Numbered from the stretch's first letter, positions 11,443-23,790 are shown. The stretch: 32,086 nucleotides of DNA from Octopus bimaculoides (GCF_001194135.2 NC_068986.1:62040920-62073005), one strand, 5' to 3'. Numbers and translations: made by a program. Notes: a model not told the origin generated them from the sequence alone.

Positions 11443-12665
11443 ATCATCATCATCATTTAACGTCCATTTTCCATGCTGGCATGGGTTGAACGGTTTGACA
11501 GGAGCTGACCAGCTTCCATGTCTGTTTTGGCATGGTTTCTACAGCTGGATGCCCTTCCTAGTGCCAGCTACTTTACAGAGTGTACTGGGTGCTTTTACAC
11601 AGCACTGATGTGCACTTTTTATAGGGCACCAGCACTTAAGAGCCTGCAAGATGCTGAACTTGAGAAGGTTGTAAAGGACGAACATGTATGCAAGAGCAAC
11701 TGTGCTTTTACTTAACTTGACATGTCGTTTCAAGCAGAGCAAACCATCAGGAGTCTCCCCTCTGTTAGTCCCAATGTTTGTAGATCCTTTCTCACCACTT
11801 TGTTCCACATCTTCCTGGGTTTACTCCTTCCACATGTTCCCTCTACAATTAGAGATCAGCACCTCTTGATGCAACTGTCCCCATTCATACACATTACATG
11901 GCCATACCAGTACACTACATCTGATTCTATGTATACCCAGTTTTTCTCTCAAATCAGTTACACTTTGTCATATATGCACACTGACATTACCCATCCAGCA
12001 AAGCATACTGGTTTCATTTCTTTCAAGCCTTCACATATCCTCAGTAGTTACAACCAATGTCACAGTAGTTACATGGCAGTAGTCACTATCATGTAGTAAT
12101 AGCTGTCTATATACAAGCATCATACAATCTGCCTTTCACTCTGAGGGAGAGGCCCTTCATTACTAATAGAGGTAGTAGCTCTCTGAATTTTACCCAGCCT
12201 ATTTTTATTCTAGCAGCTATGCTTTTTGAACAACCACCCCAACTGCTAACTTGGTCACCTAAGTAACAGAAACTGTCTACTACTTCTAGGCGTATGAGGG
12301 AGTCTATTTTTTTGTACATTTCTGGTGTTTAATGTACCTCTACATCTGTCACATGTAAAGACTATTTTCTCTGTCAATCATCCAGTGATACCACTGCATC
12401 CTTATGTGTCCATAACTTACTCTGGGTACACCTTCTGGAGTTTCTCCCGACATCTTTTCTACATATCGAGCAGGGGTCACCTCTTTGAACGGACCTGTGA
12501 TTTGTCTGTTCTCTTACTTATCAATACTTTGGTGTTTGCTATGTTAACTCTTGGTCCCTTTGATTCCAGACCTTGCTTCCATACTTGAAATTTCTTCTCT
12601 AGTTTTGATAGTGATTCAGCAATGTCATTTATCTCTGTATATGCTCCACATGTCGAACTCACAGA
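11443..12665 (-). mobile_element. RTE-clade LINE 3' fragment (C-terminal RT region to (GAT)n tail), degenerate
   Basis: Minus frames read ESLSKLEKKFQVWKQGLESKGPRVNIANTKVL and LEVVDSFCYLGDQVSSWGGCSKSIAARIKIGWVKFRELLPLL...KGRLYDACI. (ATC)n tail at 11443-11456. Confidence 0.88.
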
Positions 12666-12689
12666 TATTCAGAAGGACCATTTCTATTA

Positions 12690-14800
12690 ATCCCTTCTGC
12701 ACATTACCTTGATGATGAAAGACAATGATGTTTTTATTGTAGCAAGATGGTTTTCATGGCATGCATAGAAGCTATTGCTTTAGTTCCAGAAATGAGGAGG
12801 GAATACGGCTTCTAGAGTTTTGTGATGCAAATGGCTTAATGGTTTGGAACACCAACTTTGGGGAACCTGCCAGCAACTCTGATCATTTACCAATCTGGTG
12901 GGCACACTAGCCAGATTGACTACATCCTTGCCAGAAAAAGGGACAGGCATATGCTCATGAATGCAGGGTCTTTCCCAGGTGAAGAATGTACAACTCAACA
13001 TAGGTTAGTGACTTTGGACTTAAAGTTAGAAAGATCCCAAGACACAGATCGATATGGAAAAGGATACTATGGAAGCTCAAGGATCTTTCAAATAGGCAGA
13101 GATTTAGAGATATCCATAATGAAGCCTTTGATGAAGAGGGGGTAGAGATGAAGACATACAACACAGAGGACAGCGGGAAGCTCTTACAGGACAATCTGAG
13201 GGCAACAGATCAAATGTCATTGGAACAAAGCTTCTGCCTGACCAAGGATGACATAGTGGTGGAACAGTGAGGTCGACAGAACTATAAAAGAGAAGAAATG
13301 GACTTGGAAAGAGTGGGGATAACCATAGCAAATAACCATATCAGATAAGTCAAAGAGATGATAGGCATCTGGTATATCTAACCAAAGCAGAAGCAGAAAG
13401 GAAGAGGTTTGCCAATGTCTTACATAAAGATCAGAGGCTGGAGGTGTTCCAGATTGTCAGACAGTGTCTTAGAGAGAATCAAGATGTTGCTGGAGAGTAG
13501 TGTGTATGGAGAGATAATGGTATGTTTGCTCTTAGTGATCCTGAAAAAAAAGAGGCATGGAAGAACTACTATCAAACACTATTAAATGGAGAGAATGAAT
13601 AGGAGAAGGGGAATCTTCCTCATGTGAACCCAACAGAAGGACTAGCTATCCTAGTTGACAGCAGAATGACAGATAAGGCATCTAAGGATATGAGGACAGG
13701 GAAGGGACCTGATCTATCAGGAGTCACTGCCAAGATGCTTAAGACATCTTGTAGAGTTGGATACAGTCTAGTCATCTGTATAGGTAATCAGGTTATTTAG
13801 GAATCTTGTGACTGGTGCAGCAGCATCATGGTCAGCTGCTACAACTACAAGAGAGATACAAGTAGTTATAGAAGCATCAATTGTTGGACCAGGTGATGAA
13901 AGTTGTGGAAAGAGTTATAACCTAATTAAGTTGGAACAAAATTAGACTAGATGAAATGCATTTTGGCTTTGTCCTGAGAAGCGCCACAGATGCTATTTTC
14001 GCTGTGAAGCAACTGCAAGAGAAGTATTTAGCTAAGTACAAGCTGTTGTACTTGGTATTTGTTGATCTACCTCACTTTGTAATATGGTGGTCTCTGAGGA
14101 AGTTAGGGATAGACAAATGGTTTGTGAAAGCAGTACAGGCCAAGTTCATGGGTGCTGTTAGTAAGGTATGAGTTGGTTATGGGTACAGTAACGGATTTAG
14201 TGTACAGGTGGGTGTTCACCAAGGCTTGATCCTCAGCCCCCTCCTCTTCATTATCATCCTCCAGGCTATAACAGAGGAATTTAAGACTAGAAGTCCAAGG
14301 GAATTACTATATGCTGATGATCTTGCCCTCATAGCAGAGTCTGTAATAGATTTAGAAAAGAAATTCAAGATGTGGAAACAGGGCCTAGAATGAGAGGGTC
14401 TTAAAGTTAACTTAGCAAAGACAAAGGTGCTAGTAAGCAAGAAATTGGACAGGACCCTTCACCCTTCCAGTAAATGGCCCTGCTTGATATGTAGGAAGGG
14501 TGTAGGCAGAAATTCCATTTGGTGTACCAGTGCAAACTAAGGACATACAAGAGGTGCAGTAGAATAGTAGGAAAGTTAAAGAAAGTGGTGTTTGTATGTG
14601 GAACATGTACAAGAGCCATAAAGACCACAAATACATGGGAAACTAATTTCCTTAGATGTCCAGGTAGCGCTCTAGAAGTTGTAGATATTTTTGCTACCTA
14701 GGTGACCTAATTAGCAATAAAAGAGGATGTACAGAAAATGTAATACCTAGAATAAGAATAATATGGAGGAAGTTCAGAGAGCATTTACCTCTGATAGCAG
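12690..14800 (+). mobile_element. RTE-clade LINE internal fragment (AP endonuclease 3' half plus reverse transcriptase), pseudogenised
   Basis: RNEEGIRLLEFCDANGLMVWNTNF, YQSGGHTSQIDYIL, GEECTTQHRLV (APE). FGFV...ATDAIFAVKQLQEKY...LYLVFVDL, GVHQGLILSPLLF, ELLYADDLALIAES (RT). Many stops and indels. Confidence 0.9.
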
Positions 14801-14804
14801 CCTA

Positions 14805-14807
<3 letters not shown>

Positions 14808-14895
<88 letters not shown>

Positions 14896-14896
14896 C

Positions 14897-14933
<37 letters not shown>
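14808..14933. repeat. (CT)n microsatellite truncating the RTE copy
   Basis: Directly visible. Confidence 0.95.
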
Positions 14934-14935
<2 letters not shown>

Positions 14936-16120
14936 GGAAATGTGGATGTTAAACAATGGTGATGAATGTAATTTTAGGAAGTAGAATATTCATAAATGTT
15001 ATCTAACTCTACACTCCTCCCAAATGATCTTTATGGTCACTCAACATGAAAGAAGTATCAGCTTGATTTCCTTCAAATCTCAGCTTAATCTCCTTCTTAG
15101 GAAAGAGGAATTAGATAATTTAGTCCTAGATATTCTAATGATGGTATTAGCTGGAATTCCTTTGATCATATAGGTCTGCTCAAGTATTGTTGCCTTGGAA
15201 TGAAACAGCAACTGTAAATTATAACATTGGATTTATTGTGTTCTCACAAAAGTTTTTATCAGTTACATCAATTTAAAAAGTTAAAGGTTACATCAATACC
15301 TGTGTACTGAGTTTATAGTTAGTTAAAATTTTTCAGTGCACTTTCTCTGTAGCATAGATTTACTCTAACTAGAATAACCTATCTATGATAGTTCAGTTTC
15401 AACAACGTGCATCCAGTTGTTTGACCAGTTAACCTACCCATTCATTGAACTATAATACAAGTGGCTCAGTATTCCACAAACACTTGTACTATTAGCATAA
15501 TTCTCAGGCAGAACCAGTGTAACACTGTGTGACAAGGCTGGCCTTTTGGATTACAGGTACAGTCTACCTGTTTCACAATATTTATGTCCTTTAACAAAAA
15601 TTCAACTGGTGTTGACTTCTCACTCATGTTTTACAGTTCAAGAGTTGTGTCTCCCACTCACAGTTTGGTTAATTTGATTGTAAATCTGATCCTAGCCTAC
15701 TTGACATCTTCAGTTCTTTTCAAGAAACTTGAGAAATTAATATTGTTCTTCTCTATTGATGAGAGTAAAATTATATTGTTATGTACATACAACTTGGCTA
15801 ATTCTATGTATTGTGGAACATATACAATCTAAAGATCCAGAAAACCATTGCTTTCTAACTTTTAATGAATCCCATTTTCCCACTCAGTGTTACATATTAA
15901 AGGTATAAAAGTAAAATTATACATCTCATATTCAGATTCATATATTTTCTTAACCTTAAAAAAAAATCTCTCTTAAAATTCACATTAATGTATTCTTCTT
16001 CAGCCATAAATTATTTCTAATCTCATGATTATCTGCTTTTGTTATGATATAAATAAGTCCCTTCAATTATATTTTTTCTTTCTTAATCTTTTATATCTGT
16101 TCTTTTGTTTTCCATTTCAG

Positions 16121-16281
16121 ATTGTCAATACACATGTCATAAAACTTGTCGACAGCTAGTGACATTAGATTGTGCTAATAACTTACCTAATTCCATGTCA
16201 GATGGTTCCATAGAAACCTCTTTATCAGAACCAGCTTCTACACCTGGTAGCAACAGTACAGTTTCTGATACATTATCCAAT
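16121..16281 (+). CDS. RASSF1: Internal coding exon: C-terminal half of a C1 (DAG/phorbol-ester-type zinc finger) domain plus Ser/Thr-rich linker, RASSF1/RASSF5-like protein
   Basis: Long polypyrimidine tract ending TTCCATTTCAG|AT at 16120/16121; donor AAT|GTAAGT at 16281/16282; open frame (x)AT TGT CAA... = CQYTCHKTCRQLVTLDCANNLPNSMSDGSIETSLSEPASTPGSNSTVSDTLSN. This resembles, from recall, human RASSF1A CKFTCHYRCRALVCLDC and RASSF5 CKFTCHPECRSLIQLDC. Exon status is well supported; the family call is about 0.7, and RASSF1 vs RASSF5 cannot be resolved. Confidence 0.8.
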
Positions 16282-16932
16282 GTAAGTATATTTGTGTTAA
16301 ATATTTTTCTAAAATCATTGTCTGTCTTTCAATCTTTTGATGCTGTTTGATGCCCATTTTACTAAAATGCACAGAATAAACACACAAACAATGTTCTGTG
16401 ATGTAATATCTATATGCAATGTTTAATGCTACTTTTTTTTTTTGCTTGGAAACAATCACAATTCTAATGTTTCTTTTAGAACAAAGATTGATAAAAATAG
16501 AATTGTTTTCCTAAATTTGAATAGAATGTAGAACATCTGGCTTTACGTTTCTTCTAGAGTTGTTGGAAATGGCAGTAAGAAACCCAAGATTTAGAGGCCA
16601 GGGCAACTGCTATTATGATCTTCATAGTAACAGCTCACAACTGGAAGTGGCTCTGGATAGGCTTCTTATGTTCTTGATCTTGTTGTAGAGGTGCATAAGT
16701 CATATACTGGGAGAATGAATATTAAATGGAATTGATAGCTTTATGGTAGTGTTCTTTGCATCAGTGGATTTACATAGGAGGAGAGATTACTGTCTATAAA
16801 AAGAAGTTTATTGTCTCACCAGGGCTTATATCATTGTACTTGGTCCTCTTAGCCTTGTGTTGGAGATACTTCTCAATGCAAGATAATAATTTATACTCAT
16901 CTTTAAGTGACTGAACTAGTATTTATATGTTG

Positions 16933-17651
16933 AGTAAAGTTGCAATGTTATTATCAGTCCAAATATGGTTGATGCATGTTCAAACTGGGGAACAAGCTAC
17001 TCACTACATTTTGTCATGGAAAATATATCCTGTTTGTTGACAAATGGTGTGTATATCAGCTCACAGTGCCATCTACCTAGACTGTGAGATGCTAGCATTT
17101 CGGAGTAGTTATCTCCTCATCGGTCACTGACACTAAGCAGACAATGCAACAAGCTGAATTAAGAGATTAGTTCTCTTATGCTTTTCCAGTCACTGTATGA
17201 TGACTGGTAACGCTATACGGTGGCTTACCGTAAGTAAATTACGGAGGGGGAGCACTAAGCATTGATAAGTAAAGTTGCATTGTTATTATCAGTCTGAATA
17301 TGCTTGATGCACATTCGAACTGGGGAACAAGCTACTCACTGCGTTTTGTCATGGAGAATATATCTCACTTGTTGACAAATGGTGTGTATACACCTAGATC
17401 AGCTCGCAGCCTCTTAATTCAGCTTGTATTGTTGTCTGCCTGGTATCTGTGACCAATGAGGAGATAACTACTCCAAAATGCTAGCATCTCACAGTCTAAG
17501 TAGATGGCACTGCGAGCTGATCTAGGTATACACACACCAATTGTCAACAAGCGAGATATATTCTCTGTGACAAAATGCAGTGAGTAGCTTGTTCCCCAGT
17601 TTGAACGTGCATCAACCATATTCAGACTGGTAATAACATTGCAACTTGACT
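16933..17651. repeat. Three-copy direct/inverted repeat complex (A+, partial B+, C-)
   Basis: A = 16933-17165. B = 17268-17409, a direct copy of the first ~140 nt of A. C = 17411-17651, the reverse complement of full-length A. Confidence 0.9.
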
Positions 17652-17939
17652 AACTACATCCTACTTGTTAATTATCCATAATAAAAAAGAAAATTTAAGC
17701 ATTATATATCAAGATTTCTTTCTGCATTTTATCTCTGGTAATTTTTAAAAATGATATGCACACACATGTATGCATGTGTGATAATTATGAGTTTACATTG
17801 GTATGAATTGCTATGAAATTTAAAATAAGCTCAATATTGTTAAGTAGAGTAAAATAACATTTATTCAAATCTGAGTCTGTGAATTGCTACCCCGAATTTC
17901 CTTTCTTGATCCTCAGACGACAGAAACGTCTAGTGGTAA

Positions 17940-19432
17940 CTCATGCATAAATGTTTACAAGATACATCTCTTGGATGAGCTGGGACACATCATCAATGGT
18001 TGTATGTTTTTGGACTTTCAATATCAGGGTCCCTCATCTAGGCTGCTCAGTCTTGTGTTTCATCATAAATTGCCAACAGAGTACTCTTTTTAATCTAAGC
18101 CACCAAATGACTTCACTAATTGTAACCTCTTTACAGAGGCAGCTTTTTTGTTGCCTGTCCAAAGCCCATCCAATTGAGCACTTTGCAGATTGAGTGTCCT
18201 GTGAATGCTATATAACCTACCCCCATGGACATATTGTGCATCTTGCAGTTTCTATCTTGACATTTAGCAGTAAGTAATTGATGTTCTAAAGATCCTCTTT
18301 CAAAGCAGAGAGTTTAGGAAGGTGTCTTGCTCTTGCTCCAGATGTGAAGGCTAGCTAAACTTGGTAGGACAAAGTAGACACTCTGGATAAAAACCCAAAC
18401 ATGATAAAAGTCTGCCTGCATGTTGTTTGATCAAGGAAACATGTGCTGCAGCACACTCTCTGCTATCTGAACCCCACTGTCCTGCTCACTTGCTCTTCCT
18501 CTGTGTGCTTAGACTTCTTCTTGGATAGTGTGGTATCTCCATTTTCCCTGGGCTTTGCTAACCTGGATCTTTGGGAATTATTTCAAGCCCACTCTGCCAG
18601 TTAATATGATACTCAGCAACTCCTTCTGCCTAAGGTGTGACTGCCTCTTGCATTGCTTTCTCTGCCTTCCATTTCTTCTGTGTTCTCCTTTTGGTGCTAG
18701 CTGATGACATTGTTTCGTCTCTGTATTACCTAAACTCTTCAGTGAAACCACTGAATGAGAGTTGCAAGACACACTAGTCCTGTACAATGGTGCACTACCA
18801 AAACTACAGGGAAAACTGCTACCAATTGCAGAGAAAGCTACTGATCTTCTTTTTGATGGGTTCAACTGTTGTCAGCAGAACCCTGTAAACTAGCTAGTCA
18901 AATTTCAGTATCTTTCTTAAAGTTTTCAGTGACAGCTGAGTCATTTTAATGTTGAATCAAGGAGCTTCCCAAGATTCTTGACTGGTTACTTCTTTATGGA
19001 GATGACTATTCCAAATACAATAGAATTAAAATTAGTTCACCACCTTTCCCTTCTTGAGCACCATGGACCTTGGCTTGGCAGACTTGAAACTCATCCTTGA
19101 CTAGGTGATAAATTTCTCAAGTCTTTGTAGGATCTACCTACTCTATGAAATTGATGCTGCTGTGATTGTATTGCCAGTCACAAATGCTTTCATTACAGTG
19201 TCATTTTTTAAGCTTGGACAAGGATCCTCTGCTTGCCACCTTTGGTAACTTGGCTACCATGTTTATGGTAGGGGTGGGGAATAGATGGTATGACTTATCC
19301 CCTTTTCAAAGTTGATGCCAATTTGATGCTTCTGAACTAGCAGTGGCCTCAACTTGAACTTATCGTATTAATCCATGATCTGGATTTTAATCTTATAAAG
19401 AATATAGTAGTGATGCAGTGAAAGCTCAACCA
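17940..19432 (-). mobile_element. HERO-like non-LTR retrotransposon (restriction-enzyme-like endonuclease clade), 3' half, heavily degenerate
   Basis: Minus-strand peptides in the expected order: SNWHQL*KGI; RMSFKSAKPRSMVLKKG (19048-19097); PVKNLGKLLDSTLK (18944-18985); SHLRQKELLSIILTGRVGL; GVGYIAFTGHSICKVL (18176-18223); WWLRLKR. These match recalled HERO motifs (RMSFKPAKSRSLVLKKG, PVKSLGK, SRLRHKELVGAVAQGRAGLG, EVGCRGFAGQSLCK, WLWIKR). The 3' UTR has CTGATATTGAAAG...ATTGATGATGTGTCC...GAGATGTATCTT. Confidence 0.72.
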
Positions 19433-20435
19433 GTGTGTGTGTGTGTGTGTGTGAGAGATAAGTGGTATGGATCCATTGGTCATTGGTTTGATAAGGCATA
19501 TGAATTCCTGACTTGAGGAAGAGGACATTTGTAGACTCCGTGCAAAACTATATTCAGAGGAGGATTCACTCTGTAATCTAATGAGACACTCATCAATTAG
19601 GCACTGCTCACAATATTTAGTTATATCTACAAAGTGTTTGTATTTTGCTTATTATTTTATATATTATATATTTTACAGCCAGTTAGAATTAAGTGTCTTA
19701 GCTGTGGATACCCAGCTGTGGTTATGACTGGGTATAAATTATGAACTCTTTAATCAGTTGGCCAACATCTTAATGATTTAGGATGATTGCAACACCTCCT
19801 CTCTTTCTCCATTCAAATGAATATTACACTGTTCTTCATGACACACCTATCCCAATTCTTTATACAAAACAACTTGATTAATATCTTAGTCACCCAACAA
19901 TTCCCTTAGAATGCTCTTTTTTGCTTTAAGCAGATTTTTACCTGACAAAGCCTCCTAAAGTAGTGAGCTGTAGAAAATTTGTTTTATATATGAATCTGTA
20001 ATCTCAAATGCAAAAGAACATTTATAGATTGGTAGAGTTCATTTGAAAGTAAACATGCTTCTTAGAACTTAATATCTGTTCAACAGTTCTTCTATGAGTG
20101 AGGTTTTCTTTTGTCCATCTTCATTGAAGATATTTGTTGAAGTGTTATATTATTTCTCTAGAACAGCTTAACCCTTTAGAATTTAAACTGGCCATATGCA
20201 GTAAGAATGTTCCACCTGTTTTCTTTTCAAACCAGCCAGATCCTGCCTTTCACATCTCTCCTACATTGTCATTTTAAAAATCACATTATCAAAATCTCAA
20301 AGCTACAAGATAATGCGTGTCTAATCCAAAACAATGTGAATAAATAAACATTACATTTAACAGAATAATCTGAATACTAAAGGGTTAAAGTCTCTGGTGA
20401 AGGGCCCTCCCTCAAAGAATTTGCTTTCATAAGTT

Positions 20436-21855
20436 ATAACTACTACCAGAACTAGAGAAGTTTCAGGTGTGGAAGCAAGGTCTAGAATAAAAGAGTCTAG
20501 AATAAAAAAGTTAATCTAGCAAAAACCCAAGTCTTAATAAGTAGGAAAGCAGACAAATCACAAATCCCCTGAGGTAGATGGCCCTGCTCAATCTGTAGGA
20601 AAGGCATAGGTAGAAGTTCCATAAAATGTACCTGGTGCAAGTTATGGACACTTAAAAGGTGCAACAATATCACAGGAAGGTTAACTGAGAAAATAACTTT
20701 TGCGTGTGTGTGCAAGGTGTACATGTACAATAAACACTAAGAATGTACAGAAAACAGACTCGATCAAATGTCAGTGGGGTAAGCTAGAGGTAGTTGATAG
20801 CTTCTATTATCTAGGTGATCAAGTCAGTATCAGAGGTGGGTGCTTCGAGATTGTAGCTGCTAGAATAAGAATAGCCTGAGCAAAGTTCAGTGGGCTCCTA
20901 CCTCTGTTGGCAACAAAGAGCCTCTCCTTCAAAGTGAAAGGCAGACAGTATGATAGCAGTGTGCAAACAGCTATGCTACACAGTGGTGAAACATAGGTTG
21001 TGACCACCGAGGGCAATGCATAGGCTTGAAAGGAATGAAGCTAGCATACTTTGCTGGATGTGCAATGTCAGTATGCATGTATGACAGTGTAAGCATCTTC
21101 AGAGAAAAATTGGGCATAAGAGGCATCAAATGTGGTGTGCAAGAGAGATGGTTGTGCTGGTTGTGATGCATATGGACAAAGACAGCTGTGATGCATATGT
21201 GACACATATGGACAAGGGAACCTGTGGAAGAGGTAGACCCAGAAAGACATGGGACGAGGTGGTGAAGCATGATCTTTGAAAGTTGGGCTTTACAAAGGCA
21301 ATGACTAGTGACCGAGACCTTTGGCAATATGCTATGCTTGAGGAGACTTGTCAAGCCAAGTGAAATCTCAGTTGTGGCTGATGCCAATGTCACATAACTG
21401 GCACCCATGCTGGTGGCACATAAAAAGTACCTTTTGAGCATTGGGCATCATGGAAGCAACTGGTACCTGTGCCATTGGCATGTAAAAAGCACCTTTCAAG
21501 TGTTGGGACTCATGGAGGCAATGTGACCGATGCCAGTGTCACATAACTGGCATGTAAAGCACCTTTCAAGCATTGACAGAGGCAATGACAAATAACTGAG
21601 ACCTTTGGCAATATACTGTGCCTGAGAAGACTCATCAAGCCAAGTGAAATTGTAATCATGCAGCTGGTACCCATGCTGGTTGCATGTAAATGCACCTGTT
21701 ACACTCTTGGAATGGTTGGCATTAGGAAAGGCATCCAGCCGTAGAAGCCATGCCAAATCAGACTGGAGTCTGGTGCATCCCCTCAACTTACCAGCCTTGG
21801 TCAAATTGTCCAACCCATACCAGCATGGACAACAGACATTAAATGATGATGATGA
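20436..21855 (+). mobile_element. RTE-clade LINE 3' fragment with internally duplicated 3' UTR and (GAT)n tail
   Basis: LEKFQVWKQGLE, KVNLAKTQVL, LEVVDSFYYLGDQV, ARIRIA*AKFSGLLPLL. The 3' UTR ends GTCCAACCCATACCAGCATGGACAACAGACATTAAATGATGATGATG. 21313-21367 is duplicated at 21598-21650. Confidence 0.87.
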
Positions 21856-22949
21856 AGTAACATAAGTATACCTTATTTTATGCTTTAAAACACAAATTTT
21901 TTTGTACACTCACTTTGTATATTTGATGTTTTTTAAATTTTATTTTGTTTAATTTCTTGATTTGGGATATTATTTTGGATATTTTTACTTAGCAAGATAG
22001 TTATTTGTTGCAGAGGTGTGCACACGTTTCCTTTTTCTTTTTTTCTTTGTTCTTTTCATTTTGGCAGGCATGTTTTCACAAGACATTTAATATTATAAGC
22101 ACTAAATTGAGATAAAAAGGAACAATACGACCCCTACTTGGACTTGAATCATGTGGCTATTGCTTGTTGGGAGAATTTCATTTATTTCAAACAGGTTCCC
22201 TAGTAAGCAATAAATACTAGTTCAAATCCTTTTACTCTTTCTCTTCTCGAACTAGTGCTTGTAATTTTCAATAGTATTTATACTAAAATTTTAGCTGGTA
22301 GTTCATAATATATTTGGAAGGTTCTGTAAATTCAAATAATGGGATCAGGTAGTTTACTAAGGCATGCCATCTATGGAAAACACAGGGCTGTCTGTTATAT
22401 ATTTAAGTTCTTGTGCAATCATTAATGCTTCTTGACCGTTGTAGATGTTTATCAGAGCAATTCTTCTTTTCATTTTGATTTTAAGTTCCATTTTCAGACA
22501 GTGCACTGTTATTTGCAAAAAGAAAGTATAATGGAAATGTTTTTAAAAAATTTTTATTTCAAGACAAATTTGTTGATATTGCTCTTAGATTGTAGACACT
22601 TTTTACTTGTTTGAATTGTTGTCCTGAAAGAAACTTTCAAGTGTTAGATTACCAATCATGAGTTCAAAACCACTATCAGTATTCACTGGTTCTGTGAGCC
22701 TGTTCAGCATACAGTAAATAAATACGGAATTCAGTTTTTCTCTGGTAGATTAAACAATATCAGCATTATGGAAAACTACGTTGTAGTCATTAAAACTACG
22801 ATGTAGTCATCATACGCCATAGTCATTAATTTTTTTTTATATACACAAAAAATACTGGTCGTAACATTTTATATGGAGGCTATAAGGAAAGAAAGAAGTT
22901 CAGAGTAATTGAGTTGCTGTTAACAGCATGAGGGCCTCTTATACAATAA

Positions 22950-23045
22950 TCAAGTTGTCCTAGGTTTGGTCCCACTGTGCAACATCTTGGGTAAGTTCTT
23001 CTATTATAGCTGATGGTTGACCACTGCTTTATGTGAGAAATTTGA
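22950..23045 (-). mobile_element. Degenerate tRNA-derived SINE copy
   Basis: Reverse complement contains GTGGGACCAAACCTAGGAC and CTATAATAGAAGAACTTACCCAAGATGTTGCACAGTGGGAC, homologous to the 31828 family. Confidence 0.55.
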
Positions 23046-23743
23046 TAGACAGGAACAGTGTGAAAACCATGAGAGAGAGGGGGGGGGGGCTGGATGAGTT
23101 TTCTCTGGCATAGCATTTTAGCACTTGTGCCTTTGTAATTTCTTTCATAAGTTTCAGTCTTCTGAGAGCAGCCTTCATCACTTCTCATGTTTTTCTCTTC
23201 TGTGTATGCTTTTCACTTGGTTTCTGTGGCACTTTTTTTATTCAACTGCTTTCTTTTACATGCATCACATGTCCATGTTAGCTCACTCTTCCCTCTAGTG
23301 CATTATATTTAATTTCTCTCAGCTCATTTGTGCTCTGTCATTCATACTCACTAACATTACACATCCACTAGTACATGCTCAACTCATTTTTTCCAGTGTT
23401 TACACACCCTCCCCATTCAATGCTCATGTTTTGTTACCATGCGGCATTGCATTTCACATACCAGCATCATTATTTTCCCTTCATAGTGAGAGAGATACTC
23501 TTTGCTGCCAGCAAAGATAACAAATAGTTCCCTGAACATTTTCCACCTATTTCTTAATTTAGGAACTGTGCCTTCAGAACACCTTTCATTACTAGTTTGG
23601 TCGCATAGGTTTTGAAAGCTAATAACTACTTCTATGGAGGTTTGCAAGTTTTGAAAGAATTTTTTTTATGGGTGTACTTGTGGACTTGTTATGCACGAAA
23701 TACTTCTTTTCCATTATGCTGCTTGTGATCCCACTGCATTGCT

Positions 23744-23790
<47 letters not shown>

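Noticed and set aside
11443-14800. Head-to-head RTE fragments as one twin-primed (5'-inverted) insertion
   Set aside because: The two parts overlap by several hundred bp of homologous sequence and differ at many residues there, so they are separate copies.
17915-17935. GAAACGTC preceded by CAGACGA, resembling a hammerhead half
   Set aside because: The core has a substitution and there is no room for stem II.
21340-21680. Regularly recurring short motifs that might suggest a CRISPR-like array
   Set aside because: Eukaryotic context; these are diverged internal duplications of the RTE 3' UTR, without constant repeats or unique spacers.
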